DNA of 64,000 nt from NCBI GenBank assembly GCA_016792785.1, contig JAEUML010000130.1, positions 1,366 through 65,365 of the forward strand, read 5' to 3'. Origin of the DNA: Alphaproteobacteria bacterium (lineage in GTDB: Bacteria > Pseudomonadota > Alphaproteobacteria > Micropepsales > Micropepsaceae). The notes under the pieces are model-generated. The model made no database searches. It saw only the letters and a program-made list of their open reading frames with translations, and had not been told where the DNA came from. Positions 44,306 through 54,476 of this stretch are shown here, piece by piece. The stretch's first letter is position 1, and every line of letters starts with the position of its first letter. Position numbers and translations under genes: made by a program.

Positions 44306-47300
44306 GTGAGTTTCAAAAGCCAGTTGGCGCGCCTCAAATCGGCATCGGGTCGGTTGGAGGCTGAATTGCGCGGGTTGACGGCCGTCAGTTTGCGGAGTCC
44401 GGCGGCGGTTGCCGTCGGCGTTGCGGTGACGCTGCTGTTCGGCATGTTCGCGCTGAGCACCCTGCCCTTTCAACTGTTCCCCGACATCGAGCGGCCGCAG
44501 ATCGGCATTCAGACCGGATGGCGGTCGGCCACGCCGCGCGAAGTCGAGCAGCAGATCGTCGAACCCGAAGAGCAGGTTTTGCAAGGCATCTCGGGCCTGA
44601 AGGAGATGCAGTCCTTCGTCGGCGCGGGTGGGGCCTACATCAACCTGACGTTCGAAATCGGCACCGACATGCGCCAGACGCTGGTCGATGTGATCGGCCG
44701 GATCAACCGCATCCCGTCGCTGCCTGCCGATTCGGAGCGGCCCGTGGTGCTGCTCGCGAACACTCAGGATTCGAATGCGTCGCTCCTGTTCGTGTTCATG
44801 CAGCTTCTGCCCGGCAATACGCGCGAGGTCGAAAGCTATGAACCGTTCCTGCGCCAGACGGTCGTGCCGCGGCTCGAAGCCATTCCGGGGGTGGGCAGTG
44901 TCGAACTCGGCCTGACCGGTGCGCCGGAGGAGCTGCAGATCGTGTTCGACCCGATGCGTGCGGCCGCGCTCGGTGTTCAGATTCCACGCGCGGCGGCGAA
45001 GATCAGCAGCTCGGACGATGTGTCCGGCGGCACGATGGACGTTGGACGGCGGCAATACGGTCTGTCGTTTCGCGGGCGTTATTCGGTCGACGATCTGAAG
45101 TCGCTCATCCTCGAGTGGCGCGACGGCAAACCGGTCAGGCTCGGCGACATCGCGGACGTCAAGATCGCGCGCGGCAAGCGCAGCTCGTTCGCTTATCAGA
45201 ATGGCAACCCCGCGTTGGGCTTCCGCATCGTGCGCGAGACGGGCGCCAACGTGCTCGCCACCGTCACCGCGATCAAGGAGGAGCTCGCGCGGATCAACGA
45301 AGGGGCGGCGAAGGAACAAGGCGTCAAGCTCGCGCATTCGTTCGACCCGTCGCACTTCATCAACCAGGCGATCGAGATGCTGGCGCGGGATCTGCTCCTG
45401 GGCATTCTGCTCGCGGTCGGCGTGCTTTGGTTCTTCATGCGCGAATGGCGCGCGACGCTGATCATCTCGTCGGCCATTCCGATCTGCCTGTTCGCGGTCG
45501 TCATTCTGCTTCAGCTGACGGACAGGACGATCAATGTCGTGTCGCTGGCAGGGCTCGCGTTCGCCACCGGCATGGTGTTGGACGCGGCGATCGTCGCGTT
45601 CGAGAACATCCTGCGCTTGCGCGAACACGGCATGCCTGCGGCCGAGGCGGCGCAGAAAGGCACCGATCAGGTTTGGGGGGCGCTGCTGGCGACAACGGCG
45701 ACGAACGTTGCGATCTTCCTGCCTGTGATCTTCATCCAGGACGTCGAGGGGCAACTCTTTGCCGACCTTTCCGTCACGATCGCGGCGGCGGTGCTGATCT
45801 CGCTCATCGTCGCGGTCACGGTCGTCCCGATGCTGTCGGTGCTGTTTCTGCAAACGCGCCCACGCGTGCCGGAGTTCGCTGCGGTTTGGCGGGGCATCGC
45901 CGACTACGTGATGAACACCACCGACACGCCGAACAAGCGCCGCTTTTGGATCGGCGGCCTTATCGGTGGGTCTCTTGCGGGCACGATCTTGCTTGCGCCG
46001 AGCTTGCAATACCTGCCGCAGGTGAAGCGTGCGGCCATCGATGCTTTCTTCCAACTGCCGCCGGCGGCCACGACCGCCTTCACCGAGCGCGAGATCGCCA
46101 AGCCCGTGATCGAGCGGCTGATGCCCTATATGCGCGGTGAAAAGGAGCCGCATCTTCTGAATTTCTATTTCATCAACTACGGCCCCGGTAACGCGAACAT
46201 GGCCGTGCGCGTGATCGACGACAGCGAACTCAACCGCATGCTCGAGATCGTGCGCAACGAGATTTTGAAGGATCTGCCGGACACGCAAGCATTCGCCGTC
46301 GTCGGTAGTTTGTTCGGCGGATTCGATCAAGGTGGCGGCATCTCGATCAACGTGCAGTCGGCCGACGCGGAAGCCATGCGGCAGGCCGCGCGGCGCGGCG
46401 TAGAACTGCTGCGCGAGAAGTTCCCCGAAGCCTCGGTCAATCCGCAACCCTCGCTCGACTACGACCAGCCGGAGTTCCGCATCACGCCGAACGACCGGGC
46501 GATCAGCGAGGCGGGGTGGACGCGTGGCGACGTGGGGCTGCTGGTTCAGGCGTACGGCGAAGGCCGCTATGTCGGGCAGCGCTACGACGGCGAGCGGCGG
46601 CTCTACATGATCATGAAGTCGGAGCCGCTGGATTCACCCGGCGCATTGCTTGCCGCGCCCGTTGCGACGCCCGATGCGGGCGTGGTGCCGCTGGGGCAGC
46701 TCGTGAACGTGCAAGAGACGCTGGCGCCGAGCGGGCTCTACCGGCTCGACCGGCGACGGACGATTGCGCTGAACCTGCAGCCGCCTGAGGGCGTGGCGCT
46801 CTCCGACGTGCTGGAGCGCATCCGCACGGAGGTTGAGCCCGAGATCAAGAAGCTGCTGCCCGCCGATGGGCGCGTGTTTTACGGCGCGGCCGCCGACCAT
46901 CTCGACAACGCGTTGTGGACGATCGGGAAGAACTTCGCGCTCGCCGTGCTGCTGCTATTCTTGATCATGGCGGCGCTGTTCCGGTCGGTCGCCGATTCCG
47001 TGATTGCGACAATCGGCCTGCCGCTCGGCACGGTCGGCGGCGTCGCGGCGTTGCAGTTCGTCGGCCTCTTCACATTCCAGCCGCTCGATCTTTTGACGAT
47101 GATCGGCTTCATCATCGTGTTGGGCCTTGTCGTCAACAACACGATCCTGCTCGTCGCGCGTACCCGTCAGGCCGAAGCCGAAGGAATGACGCGGGCCGAG
47201 GCTGTGCGATCGAGCCTTGAGACGCGGCTCAGACCCATCTTTTCGAGCACGCTGACCGCGATATTCGGCATGTTGCCGCTGGTGGTCATTCCGGGCGCAG

Positions 47301-47470
47301 GCGCCGACATCTATCGCGGGCTCGCCGCCGTGATCGTGGGCGGCATTCTGATAAGTCACATTTTCACAGTGATTCTGATCCCCGCGATGCTCCGGCTTGG
47401 CGAGCGGCCGGCCGAGGCGACGAAGGAGCCGATCACCCGACCCAAACCCGATTTGAAGGTGGCCGCATGA
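44306..47470 (+). CDS. RND-family efflux transporter permease (AcrB/AcrD/AcrF superfamily)
   Basis: A 1054-aa protein with 12 TM segments and two large periplasmic loops. Typical blocks are LSTLPFQLFPDIERPQI, GLAFATGMVLDAAIVAFENI and VLGLVVNNTILLV. The start is GTG. Confidence 0.9.
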   Translation: MSFKSQLARLKSASGRLEAELRGLTAVSLRSPAAVAVGVAVTLLFGMFALSTLPFQLFPDIERPQIGIQTGWRSATPREVEQQIVEPEEQVLQGISGLKEMQSFVGAGGAYINLTFEIGTDMRQTLVDVIGRINRIPSLPADSERPVVLLANTQDSNASLLFVFMQLLPGNTREVESYEPFLRQTVVPRLEAIPGVGSVELGLTGAPEELQIVFDPMRAAALGVQIPRAAAKISSSDDVSGGTMDVGRRQYGLSFRGRYSVDDLKSLILEWRDGKPVRLGDIADVKIARGKRSSFAYQNGNPALGFRIVRETGANVLATVTAIKEELARINEGAAKEQGVKLAHSFDPSHFINQAIEMLARDLLLGILLAVGVLWFFMREWRATLIISSAIPICLFAVVILLQLTDRTINVVSLAGLAFATGMVLDAAIVAFENILRLREHGMPAAEAAQKGTDQVWGALLATTATNVAIFLPVIFIQDVEGQLFADLSVTIAAAVLISLIVAVTVVPMLSVLFLQTRPRVPEFAAVWRGIADYVMNTTDTPNKRRFWIGGLIGGSLAGTILLAPSLQYLPQVKRAAIDAFFQLPPAATTAFTEREIAKPVIERLMPYMRGEKEPHLLNFYFINYGPGNANMAVRVIDDSELNRMLEIVRNEILKDLPDTQAFAVVGSLFGGFDQGGGISINVQSADAEAMRQAARRGVELLREKFPEASVNPQPSLDYDQPEFRITPNDRAISEAGWTRGDVGLLVQAYGEGRYVGQRYDGERRLYMIMKSEPLDSPGALLAAPVATPDAGVVPLGQLVNVQETLAPSGLYRLDRRRTIALNLQPPEGVALSDVLERIRTEVEPEIKKLLPADGRVFYGAAADHLDNALWTIGKNFALAVLLLFLIMAALFRSVADSVIATIGLPLGTVGGVAALQFVGLFTFQPLDLLTMIGFIIVLGLVVNNTILLVARTRQAEAEGMTRAEAVRSSLETRLRPIFSSTLTAIFGMLPLVVIPGAGADIYRGLAAVIVGGILISHIFTVILIPAMLRLGERPAEATKEPITRPKPDLKVAA

Positions 47471-48597
47471 TCAAGCGGATAGTCGCGCGCTTGATGGCGC
47501 AGGATCGCAAGCGCCTCATCGCTGGTACGGTGGTGCTCGCTGCTGTCGCAGGCACAGCAGTTTGGTTCTTGTGGCCTGCGCCGGAGGCGGATGCACCAAA
47601 GGCGGAGGCAGCCGCGGCGCACGAGGAGGCGCAGCTTCCGCCCGTCACCGTCACACAGGTTAGGGCGACACGCATCGCGCCGCAGGCGAGCTATCCCGGT
47701 ACGGTCATGTCGCGCAACGACTCGCGCATCGCGGCCGACGTCGAAGGCCGCGTCGATTGGGTCGCCGATGTCGGCACCGTGGTCGCGGCGGGCGACGTGA
47801 TCGCGCGACTCGATCCGAACGTCGCGCGGATGGAGAACGACTCCGCGCAAGCGAACGTCGCGCGGCTCGCGGCGCAGGTGCGCTTCGACCGGGCGCAGGC
47901 GCAGCGTCTGCAGGAACTGCACGAGCGCAAGGTCGTGTCGAAGGCGGCCGTCGATCAGGCGAACTCGACGCGCGATGCGAACGAGGCGGCACTCAAGCAG
48001 GCGGAAGCTTCCGCGAAACGTTCCGCGTTCCGGCTGGAACGCAGCGAGATTCGTGCGCCGTTTGCCGGGCGTGTCGTGTCGCGCCTGATCAACGCCGGCG
48101 AGTACGCGAGCCCCGGCAAGGAGATCGTCCGCCTCGTCGATCAGGATGCGATCGAGATCGCAACCCAGGTGCCGATCGCGGCGATGGCGTTCTTGCGTGA
48201 AGGCATGAGCGTGACCGTGGAGCTTCAAGGCAAACACGTCGAGACGCCGGTGCGCGTGATCGTGCCGGTCGGCGACGCGCAAAGCCGCACGGTGGAGGTT
48301 CGTCTTGCGCTTCAGGCCGGTTCGGCGTTCGTCGCCGATGCGGTGAAGGTGATGATCCCGACTGCCGAGCCGCGCAAGGTTCTTGCCGTGCCGCGCGACG
48401 CGTTGGTGCTTCGCGAGGAGAACACGTACTTGTTCAAGCTGAGCGGCGAGAACAAGGCCGAGCGCATCGCCGTCGAGATGGGCGCCGCCGACGGCGATCT
48501 CGTCGAAGTGACCGGCATGCTGAAGGAAGGCGAGCGCGTGATCATCCGCGGCGCCGAGCAGATCGAGAGCGGACAGAAGGTCCGCCTGGTGACTTAG
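47467..48597 (+). CDS. RND efflux periplasmic adaptor (membrane fusion protein)
   Basis: The ATG overlaps the permease stop (ATGA). An N-terminal anchor is followed by a coiled-coil hairpin (ARLAAQVRFDRAQAQRLQEL...). The lipoyl/beta-barrel block is IRAPFAGRVVSRLINAGEYASPG. Confidence 0.85.
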   Translation: MIKRIVARLMAQDRKRLIAGTVVLAAVAGTAVWFLWPAPEADAPKAEAAAAHEEAQLPPVTVTQVRATRIAPQASYPGTVMSRNDSRIAADVEGRVDWVADVGTVVAAGDVIARLDPNVARMENDSAQANVARLAAQVRFDRAQAQRLQELHERKVVSKAAVDQANSTRDANEAALKQAEASAKRSAFRLERSEIRAPFAGRVVSRLINAGEYASPGKEIVRLVDQDAIEIATQVPIAAMAFLREGMSVTVELQGKHVETPVRVIVPVGDAQSRTVEVRLALQAGSAFVADAVKVMIPTAEPRKVLAVPRDALVLREENTYLFKLSGENKAERIAVEMGAADGDLVEVTGMLKEGERVIIRGAEQIESGQKVRLVT

Positions 48598-51491
48598 CGC
48601 GGCGCAACCGCGCCGATGAGTTTCTCGAACAGCGCACGGACTGCTGTTTCGATCTCACTCAACCGAGGCTCGATCGCGTCGAAGGCGCTTGACGCCGCGG
48701 CGCGCGCAATCAGCGCACGCAGCGACGCGGAGGCGTCGGTTGCAGTGAAGGCGCCCTCCACGGTCAGGCGTAACACCTGAGTGATGTTCTGATAGAGGCG
48801 CGTTGCGTCTTCGAGCGTCTTGGCCTCGGTTGCGGACAGGACGTCGGACGCGGCCAGCGCGCGGAGAGCTTCAAGTGTATTGACCTTGAGCAGTTTCGCG
48901 TCCTGTTGGGCGCGAGCGAGTTGCAAGCCTTGGGCGATGAACTCGATGTCGAAGAGGCCGCCTTTCGCTTCTTTCAAGTCCCAGGGACTCTTGGCCGGCC
49001 GCTCGCGATCGAGACGAGCGCGCATGTCGGCGACGTCCGCCAGGATCTGCTTCGCGTCGCGCGGCGCGGTTAGGGCGTTGCGGATGACCTGTTCGACACG
49101 GGCGCACAAGTCCGTCGGGCCGGCGACGACGCGGGCGCGTGTCAGCGCGAGGCGTTCCCAGGTCCAGGCTTCTTCGGCTTGGTACTTCGCGAACGTCTCG
49201 AACGAAACAGCGACCGGCCCTTTGTTGCCGGAGGGGCGCAGGCGCATGTCGACTTCGTAGAGGCCGCCTTCGCCGGTCATTACGGTCAGAGCGGAGATCA
49301 AGCGCTGCGATGTGCGGGCGAAATAGACGCTGGGCGCGATGGGGCGTGCGCCGTCGGATGCGGCCGCGTCCTTGGCGTGGTCGTAGACGAAGATCAGGTC
49401 GAGGTCGGAGGCCGCCGTCATTTCGCGCCCGCCGAGGCGGCCCATCGCGATGACGACCATCCCGCCGTCCTTCACGTGGCCGTGGGCGGAGACGGTTTCC
49501 AATAACGTCGCGTCGTTCAGCGCGCCGATCACCGCTTCGGCAACATCCGCGAAGGCGCGGCCGATCTCGGCGCCGTCGGCCTCACCGCGCAGAAGCTGAA
49601 GGCCGACGCGGAACTGCTGGTCCTTCGTCCAACGGCGCGCGACGTCGAGTCTGTCCTCGAACGTTTTCGCGCCCTTCATGAGCGCGGCGAGGCTGCGGCC
49701 CAGTTCGGCGAGCGTTGGCCTGTCGCGCAGAAAATCGACGTCGATGAGCACGTCGAGCAGGCCCGGGCGCTGGGCGAGATGGTCGGCTAGGCGCGGCGCA
49801 GTGCCCACGATCTCCGCGATCAAGTCGAGCAGGCGCGGATTGGAGAACAGCAGGGCGAAGACTTGCACGCCCGACGGTAGGCCGCTCAGGAACTTGTCGA
49901 ACCGCGTGAACGCGATGTCGGGGTTCGCCGTCTTGCCCAACGCCTGCAACAGCAGCGGCATGAGCGCGGTTAGTTTTTCGCGCGCCTTCTCGCTGCGCGT
50001 CGCGCGGATGCGGCCGTGGTGCCAGCCGCGGATCGTGGCGGAGACGGCACCGGGCTGCGTGAAGCCGAGCTTCTTCAGCGTTTGCACCGTCTCAGGATCT
50101 TCGTCGACGCCGGTGAAGACGAGGCTACCGGAATCCTCCGAAAGCGACGGCTTGCCCTCGAACAGTTTCGCATAGTGCGACTGGACGCGCAGCAGGTGGT
50201 CGCGCAGCGTGTCGGAGAAAATCTGCGTCACGCCAAAGCCCATGAAGCGGGCGACGTTCGACAAACCCTCCGGCGTCTTGGGCAGCGTGTGGGTCTGCTC
50301 GTCCTCGATCATCTGCAGGCGATGTTCGAGCGTGCGCAAGAACTCATAGGTTTCGGTCAAGTCGGCGCGCGTTTCTTCGGCGATGATGCTGCGCTGGGTG
50401 AGTGCGGCCAACGCCTCCACCGTGCGCGCGCGGCGGAGGCTCGGGATGCGGCCGCCGAGGATCAGCTGCTGCGTCTGGGCGAAGAATTCGATTTCGCGGA
50501 TGCCGCCGCGGCCGAGCTTGATGTTGTGTCCGGCGATCGCGACCTCGCCGTGGCCGGCGTGCGCGTGGATCTGGCGCTTGATCGAGTGAATGTCTTCGAT
50601 CGCGGCGTAGTCGAGATTCTTACGCCATACGAACGGCTCGAGGTTCGCCAGGAAATTTGCGCCCTCTTTCATGTCGCCGACGCAGGCGCGCGCCTTGATC
50701 ATGGCGGCGCGTTCCCAGTTTTGACCCATCGATTCGTAGTAGGCTTCGGCGGCGCGCGTCGACACGGCGATCTGAGTCGAACCTGCGTCCGGCCTGAGGC
50801 GGAGGTCGCAACGGAAGACGTAGCCGTCGGCCGTCGCCTCCTGCATGAGGCCGACAGTTGCCTGGGTCAGCCGCACGGCGAACTCGCGCGGCTCGACCCC
50901 GCTCGCGACCGGCAAACGCTCGGCGTTGAAGTAGCAGCTGAAGTCGATGTCGCTCGAGTAGTTCAGTTCGTGCGCGCCGTACTTGCCCATCGCGAGGAAG
51001 AACAGCGCTGCGTCGTCGGCGGGTTCGATCGGATCCGCCGGTGCGAATCGACCGCGGCCGATCGCTTCGATCATCGCGTAGCGCAGCGATGCGGCGAGCG
51101 TGGCATCCGCAAGCCTGGTGAGCGCGCCGGTCACGTCATCGAGATCCCAGACGCCGCCGAGGTCGGCGAGCGCGATGAGCAGGGACGCACGACGCTTGAC
51201 CTCCCGCAGGCGGCGCATCATGTCGGCTCGTGGCGGCGGGTCCTCGAAGCGCAGGCTCGCCAGCATGGCCGCGAGCCTGATGCGCGGGTCACCGGCAAGG
51301 TCGAGCACCATGGTGTCGGCTTCGCGCTCCATCATGCGCGCGAGATAGGGGCTGTTCGACGCGGTTGCGGCGATGAGATCGCGCAGGCGCCCCGCCCCCG
51401 CCCGTTCGCCGAGCGTGTCGAGCGTGCGGGCAGCGAGTGCGGCGTCGTAGATTTCGGGGACGCGATTGATGCGGGCGGTGAGTGAGGTCAT
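48594..51491 (-). CDS. glnE: Bifunctional glutamine-synthetase adenylyltransferase/adenylyl-removing enzyme
   Basis: Two nucleotidyltransferase modules are present (GKYGAHELNYSSDIDF and MGRLGGREMTAASDLDLIFVY), each with the GlnE helical domains. Length is ~965 aa from ATG 51491 (MTSLTARINRV). Confidence 0.95.
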   Translation of the reverse strand: MTSLTARINRVPEIYDAALAARTLDTLGERAGAGRLRDLIAATASNSPYLARMMEREADTMVLDLAGDPRIRLAAMLASLRFEDPPPRADMMRRLREVKRRASLLIALADLGGVWDLDDVTGALTRLADATLAASLRYAMIEAIGRGRFAPADPIEPADDAALFFLAMGKYGAHELNYSSDIDFSCYFNAERLPVASGVEPREFAVRLTQATVGLMQEATADGYVFRCDLRLRPDAGSTQIAVSTRAAEAYYESMGQNWERAAMIKARACVGDMKEGANFLANLEPFVWRKNLDYAAIEDIHSIKRQIHAHAGHGEVAIAGHNIKLGRGGIREIEFFAQTQQLILGGRIPSLRRARTVEALAALTQRSIIAEETRADLTETYEFLRTLEHRLQMIEDEQTHTLPKTPEGLSNVARFMGFGVTQIFSDTLRDHLLRVQSHYAKLFEGKPSLSEDSGSLVFTGVDEDPETVQTLKKLGFTQPGAVSATIRGWHHGRIRATRSEKAREKLTALMPLLLQALGKTANPDIAFTRFDKFLSGLPSGVQVFALLFSNPRLLDLIAEIVGTAPRLADHLAQRPGLLDVLIDVDFLRDRPTLAELGRSLAALMKGAKTFEDRLDVARRWTKDQQFRVGLQLLRGEADGAEIGRAFADVAEAVIGALNDATLLETVSAHGHVKDGGMVVIAMGRLGGREMTAASDLDLIFVYDHAKDAAASDGARPIAPSVYFARTSQRLISALTVMTGEGGLYEVDMRLRPSGNKGPVAVSFETFAKYQAEEAWTWERLALTRARVVAGPTDLCARVEQVIRNALTAPRDAKQILADVADMRARLDRERPAKSPWDLKEAKGGLFDIEFIAQGLQLARAQQDAKLLKVNTLEALRALAASDVLSATEAKTLEDATRLYQNITQVLRLTVEGAFTATDASASLRALIARAAASSAFDAIEPRLSEIETAVRALFEKLIGAVAPR

Positions 51492-51549
51492 GACGCGACA
51501 CTCTAGCGGGCGGCGGGTGCAATCCTCAAACTGTCGCGCAACGCAACAC

Positions 51550-51572
51550 GGCCCGGGCATTGCGCCCGGGCC
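51550..51572 (-). terminator. GC-rich hairpin downstream of the HU gene (possible terminator, no U-tract)
   Basis: A 9-bp perfect stem GGCCCGGGC / GCCCGGGCC with loop ATTGC, ~40 nt after the HU stop. No T-run follows on the minus strand, so the function is uncertain. Confidence 0.35.
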
Positions 51573-51610
51573 GTTCGGTTTCCTGAGGAGAAACGCTTGG
51601 CCTTCGCGAA

Positions 51611-51913
51611 TTACTTCGCGGCAGGAACGATGCCGGCGGCCGCCTTCAGCGTCTTCGCCGGACGGAAGCGCAGCTTCTTCGATGCCTTGATCTTGATGGC
51701 TTCGCCGGTGCGCGGGTTGCGGCCCATACGCGCGGGGCGCTTGGCGACCGTGAACACGCCGAAATTACCGATCGGGAGCTTTCCGCCGCCCTTCAACTGC
51801 TTCAGGCTCGCTTCGATCGTGCCGAACACGAGTTCGATGACGCGCTTGGCTTCCGCCTTCGGCAGGTCACCGCCACGTTTGGCGACGGCGAGAATGAAGT
51901 CCGATTTGCTCAT
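51611..51913 (-). CDS. HU/IHF-family nucleoid-associated DNA-binding protein
   Basis: The sequence is MSKSDFILAVAKRGGDLPKAEAKRVIELVFGTIEASLKQ...FGVFTVAKRPARMGRNPRTGEAIKIKASKKLRFRPAK, which includes the conserved beta-arm RNPRTGE, plus a short Ala/Lys tail. Confidence 0.9.
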   Translation of the reverse strand: MSKSDFILAVAKRGGDLPKAEAKRVIELVFGTIEASLKQLKGGGKLPIGNFGVFTVAKRPARMGRNPRTGEAIKIKASKKLRFRPAKTLKAAAGIVPAAK

Positions 51914-52221
51914 GTGGGTTATGCCCCTCAACTTGGGTGTGGGTTGCGCGACCTCTTTCGGGTCAGCACGATGCGATATACGCGAGAGATATTAAGCAAT
52001 CTACAAAGAATCGTCATTTTCCCTCGATTTTTTGCACAGGGATGGTCGGAAAGCGTTTGTTTCAGCGCACTTCCTGCCCTCCCTCACCCGAAAAACCTGC
52101 TGGTACCTTACGTTTTCGCCGTTTACTCGCAGGCGATTTTGTGCCTTGGCGATTCGCCATCGCTTTTCGCGCTCTCTCTTGGTCTAAGTTTGGGCGACTC
52201 ACCCATCACTTTCGGCCTTCC

Positions 52222-53097
52222 ATGAAACTCGTCACCTTCACCGAACACCACCGGCGGCGCATCGGCGCGGTCGTGGGCGACAGCGTCGTCGATTTTGCCA
52301 CCACCCTGCCCCACCTGCCGCAGACGATGATCGCCTTCCTGCGGGCGGGCCCAGCCGCCATGGACGAGGCGAGAGCCGCAGTCGCAGCCGGCGGGCATAG
52401 GCTGGCGCTCGCCAAGGTGCGGCTCGAGGCGCCGGTTCCCCGGCCCGGCAAGGTGTTGGCCATCGGGCTCAACTACGCCGACCACGTGCGCGAAGGCGGC
52501 CGGGCGATGCCGGAGCATCAGATCTGGTTCTCGAAGCAGGCGACCTGCATCGTGGGGCCGGCGGATGCGATCAAGATTCCGAAGGTCTCCGACAAGATCG
52601 ACTATGAGGCCGAGCTTTGCGTCGTTGTCGGGCGCCGCTGCCGGCATGTGCCGCGGGCGCGGGCGCACGAAGTGATTGCCGGCTATATGTGCGGCAACGA
52701 CGTCAGCGTGCGCGATTGGCAGCAGCGTTCGCCCACCATGATGATGGGCAAGGGCTTCGACACGCACGGACCGACGGGGCCGTGGATCGTGACGCCGAAC
52801 GATGCGGGCGACGTCAGCTGTTTGCGCGTGCGCTGCCTCGTCAACGGACAGGTGTTGCAGGACGCGTCGACCGCGGAGATGATTTTCGACATTCCGGCGC
52901 AGATCGAGCACCTGACTGCCGCATTCACGCTGGAGCCGGGCGACGTCATCTTCACCGGCACACCCGCCGGCGTCGGCATTTATCGCAAACCGCCGGTGCT
53001 GCTCAAAGCGGGAGACCGGGTGCGCGTCGAGATCGAGGGGATCGGCGCGCTTGAGAATTTGTGCGAGGCTGAAGACGGGGCGACAGTCATCGCATGA
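52222..53097 (+). CDS. Fumarylacetoacetate hydrolase (FAH) family protein
   Basis: ATG 52222 (MKLVTFTEHHRRRIGAVV). FAH blocks are AIGLNYADH, DYEAELCVVVGRRC, MMMGKGFDT and GDVIFTGTPAGVG. Confidence 0.85.
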   Translation: MKLVTFTEHHRRRIGAVVGDSVVDFATTLPHLPQTMIAFLRAGPAAMDEARAAVAAGGHRLALAKVRLEAPVPRPGKVLAIGLNYADHVREGGRAMPEHQIWFSKQATCIVGPADAIKIPKVSDKIDYEAELCVVVGRRCRHVPRARAHEVIAGYMCGNDVSVRDWQQRSPTMMMGKGFDTHGPTGPWIVTPNDAGDVSCLRVRCLVNGQVLQDASTAEMIFDIPAQIEHLTAAFTLEPGDVIFTGTPAGVGIYRKPPVLLKAGDRVRVEIEGIGALENLCEAEDGATVIA

Positions 53098-54476
53098 AGG
53101 GTGTAATGGGGGATACGGTGCGTGAGCGGCGGTTGAGCCAACTCGGCTGGGCGCTTTATCAGCTCGCCGCCAGTCCCTACTTTGTCATCATCAACATCTT
53201 CGTCTTTGCCGCCTATTTCCAGAAACACGTCATCGGCGACAACGTCGAAGGTCAGGTGGTCTGGGGCTACACCCAGGCGACCGCCGGCGTGATCATCGCG
53301 TTGTGCTCGCCGGTCCTGGGCGCGCTTGCCGACGCGTACGGGCCGCGCAAGCCCGGGCTCATCATCTTCTCCGTCATCGCGATCCCGGCGATGCTGGCCC
53401 TTTGGTTCGTGACACCGGGGCAAGTGTGGCTGGGGTGCACTGCGATCGTGATCGCCGCCGTCACGATGGAGTTCGCCGCCGTCTATCACAACGCGATACT
53501 GCCGAGTGTTGCGAGTGAGAAAAACGTCGGATTCATGAGCGGGCTTGCCTACAGCCTCGACTATGTGGGCAGCGTGACGTTGTTCATCGTGTGGCTCGCG
53601 ATCCCGGCGCTCGGAGTTCTGGCCCTGCTTGACGGGCCGTTCGCGCATGAGCGGTTGTCGGGGCCGCTGTCGGTCGTCTGGCTGATCCTGTTCTCGATCC
53701 CCTTCATCCTGTTCACACATGATCGCGGGCGGACGGGGCTTTCGATCCCTGGCGCGATCAGCGGCGGGTTGAGGCAACTCCGCGACACGATCGGCCGCGT
53801 TAGTCACTACCGCAACATCGCGACCTTCCTTGTCGTGCGGGCGGTCTATGCCGACGGCATGAGTGCCGTGTTCACGTTTCTCGCCGGGTATTTGAGCGGC
53901 ATCTTCGGCTGGCCGACGGAGAAGATTGGTATCTTCGCGCTGATTGTGCTTACCGTTCCGATCTTCACTTCGTTCGTCGGCGGGTGGATCGACGACGTCA
54001 TCGGGTCGCGCCGCACGGTGCAGATCGGGCTTTTCGTATTTACAGTTGCGGTCGCAGGATCGGTTTCTACGACTCCCACCGAGTTGCTGTTCTTCTTTCC
54101 GGTAACCGCTGAGATGCGGGCGGAGCAGCTTCCTTTCCTGGGACCCTTCATGAGCATGCTTGGCTTTACCCAGTATCCGGAGCAGGTGAGCCTTGCGTTC
54201 TCGATGGCGGGCGGGGCGTTCGTCGGTCCGATCCTCGCGTCGAGCCGCACGATGGTCGCGCGCATCGCGCCGCCGACGATGGTGTCGGAGGTCTATGGGC
54301 TCTACACGCTGACCGGCAAGGCGACGGCGTTCGCGGCACCGTTCCTGGTCGCGGTCGTCACCGCGGCGACGCAAAGCCAGCGCGCGGGCTTTGCCGTCAT
54401 ACTTGTTTTTCTGGTTGCCGGGCTGATCGGTTTGCGCTGGGTGAAAGAAGAGCGCGCCGAGGTTGCGCCGCAATAG
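53094..54476 (+). CDS. MFS transporter, UMF1/Atg22-like family
   Basis: The ATG overlaps the FAH-gene stop (ATGA). About 12 TM segments are present. The N-terminal block is LGWALYQLAASPYFVIINIFVFAAYF. Confidence 0.8.
   Translation: MKGVMGDTVRERRLSQLGWALYQLAASPYFVIINIFVFAAYFQKHVIGDNVEGQVVWGYTQATAGVIIALCSPVLGALADAYGPRKPGLIIFSVIAIPAMLALWFVTPGQVWLGCTAIVIAAVTMEFAAVYHNAILPSVASEKNVGFMSGLAYSLDYVGSVTLFIVWLAIPALGVLALLDGPFAHERLSGPLSVVWLILFSIPFILFTHDRGRTGLSIPGAISGGLRQLRDTIGRVSHYRNIATFLVVRAVYADGMSAVFTFLAGYLSGIFGWPTEKIGIFALIVLTVPIFTSFVGGWIDDVIGSRRTVQIGLFVFTVAVAGSVSTTPTELLFFFPVTAEMRAEQLPFLGPFMSMLGFTQYPEQVSLAFSMAGGAFVGPILASSRTMVARIAPPTMVSEVYGLYTLTGKATAFAAPFLVAVVTAATQSQRAGFAVILVFLVAGLIGLRWVKEERAEVAPQ

Noticed and set aside
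44093-46447. A 784-aa minus-strand ORF, the longest unassigned ORF in the track.
   Set aside because: It is antisense to the RND permease gene. The translation is dominated by Arg, Asp, His and Gln runs with no recognisable domain, whereas the plus strand reads as a textbook AcrB-family protein. It is a shadow ORF of GC-rich DNA.
50016-51485. A 489-aa plus-strand ORF.
   Set aside because: It is antisense to glnE. It is Arg/Ala/Gly-rich with no domain signature.
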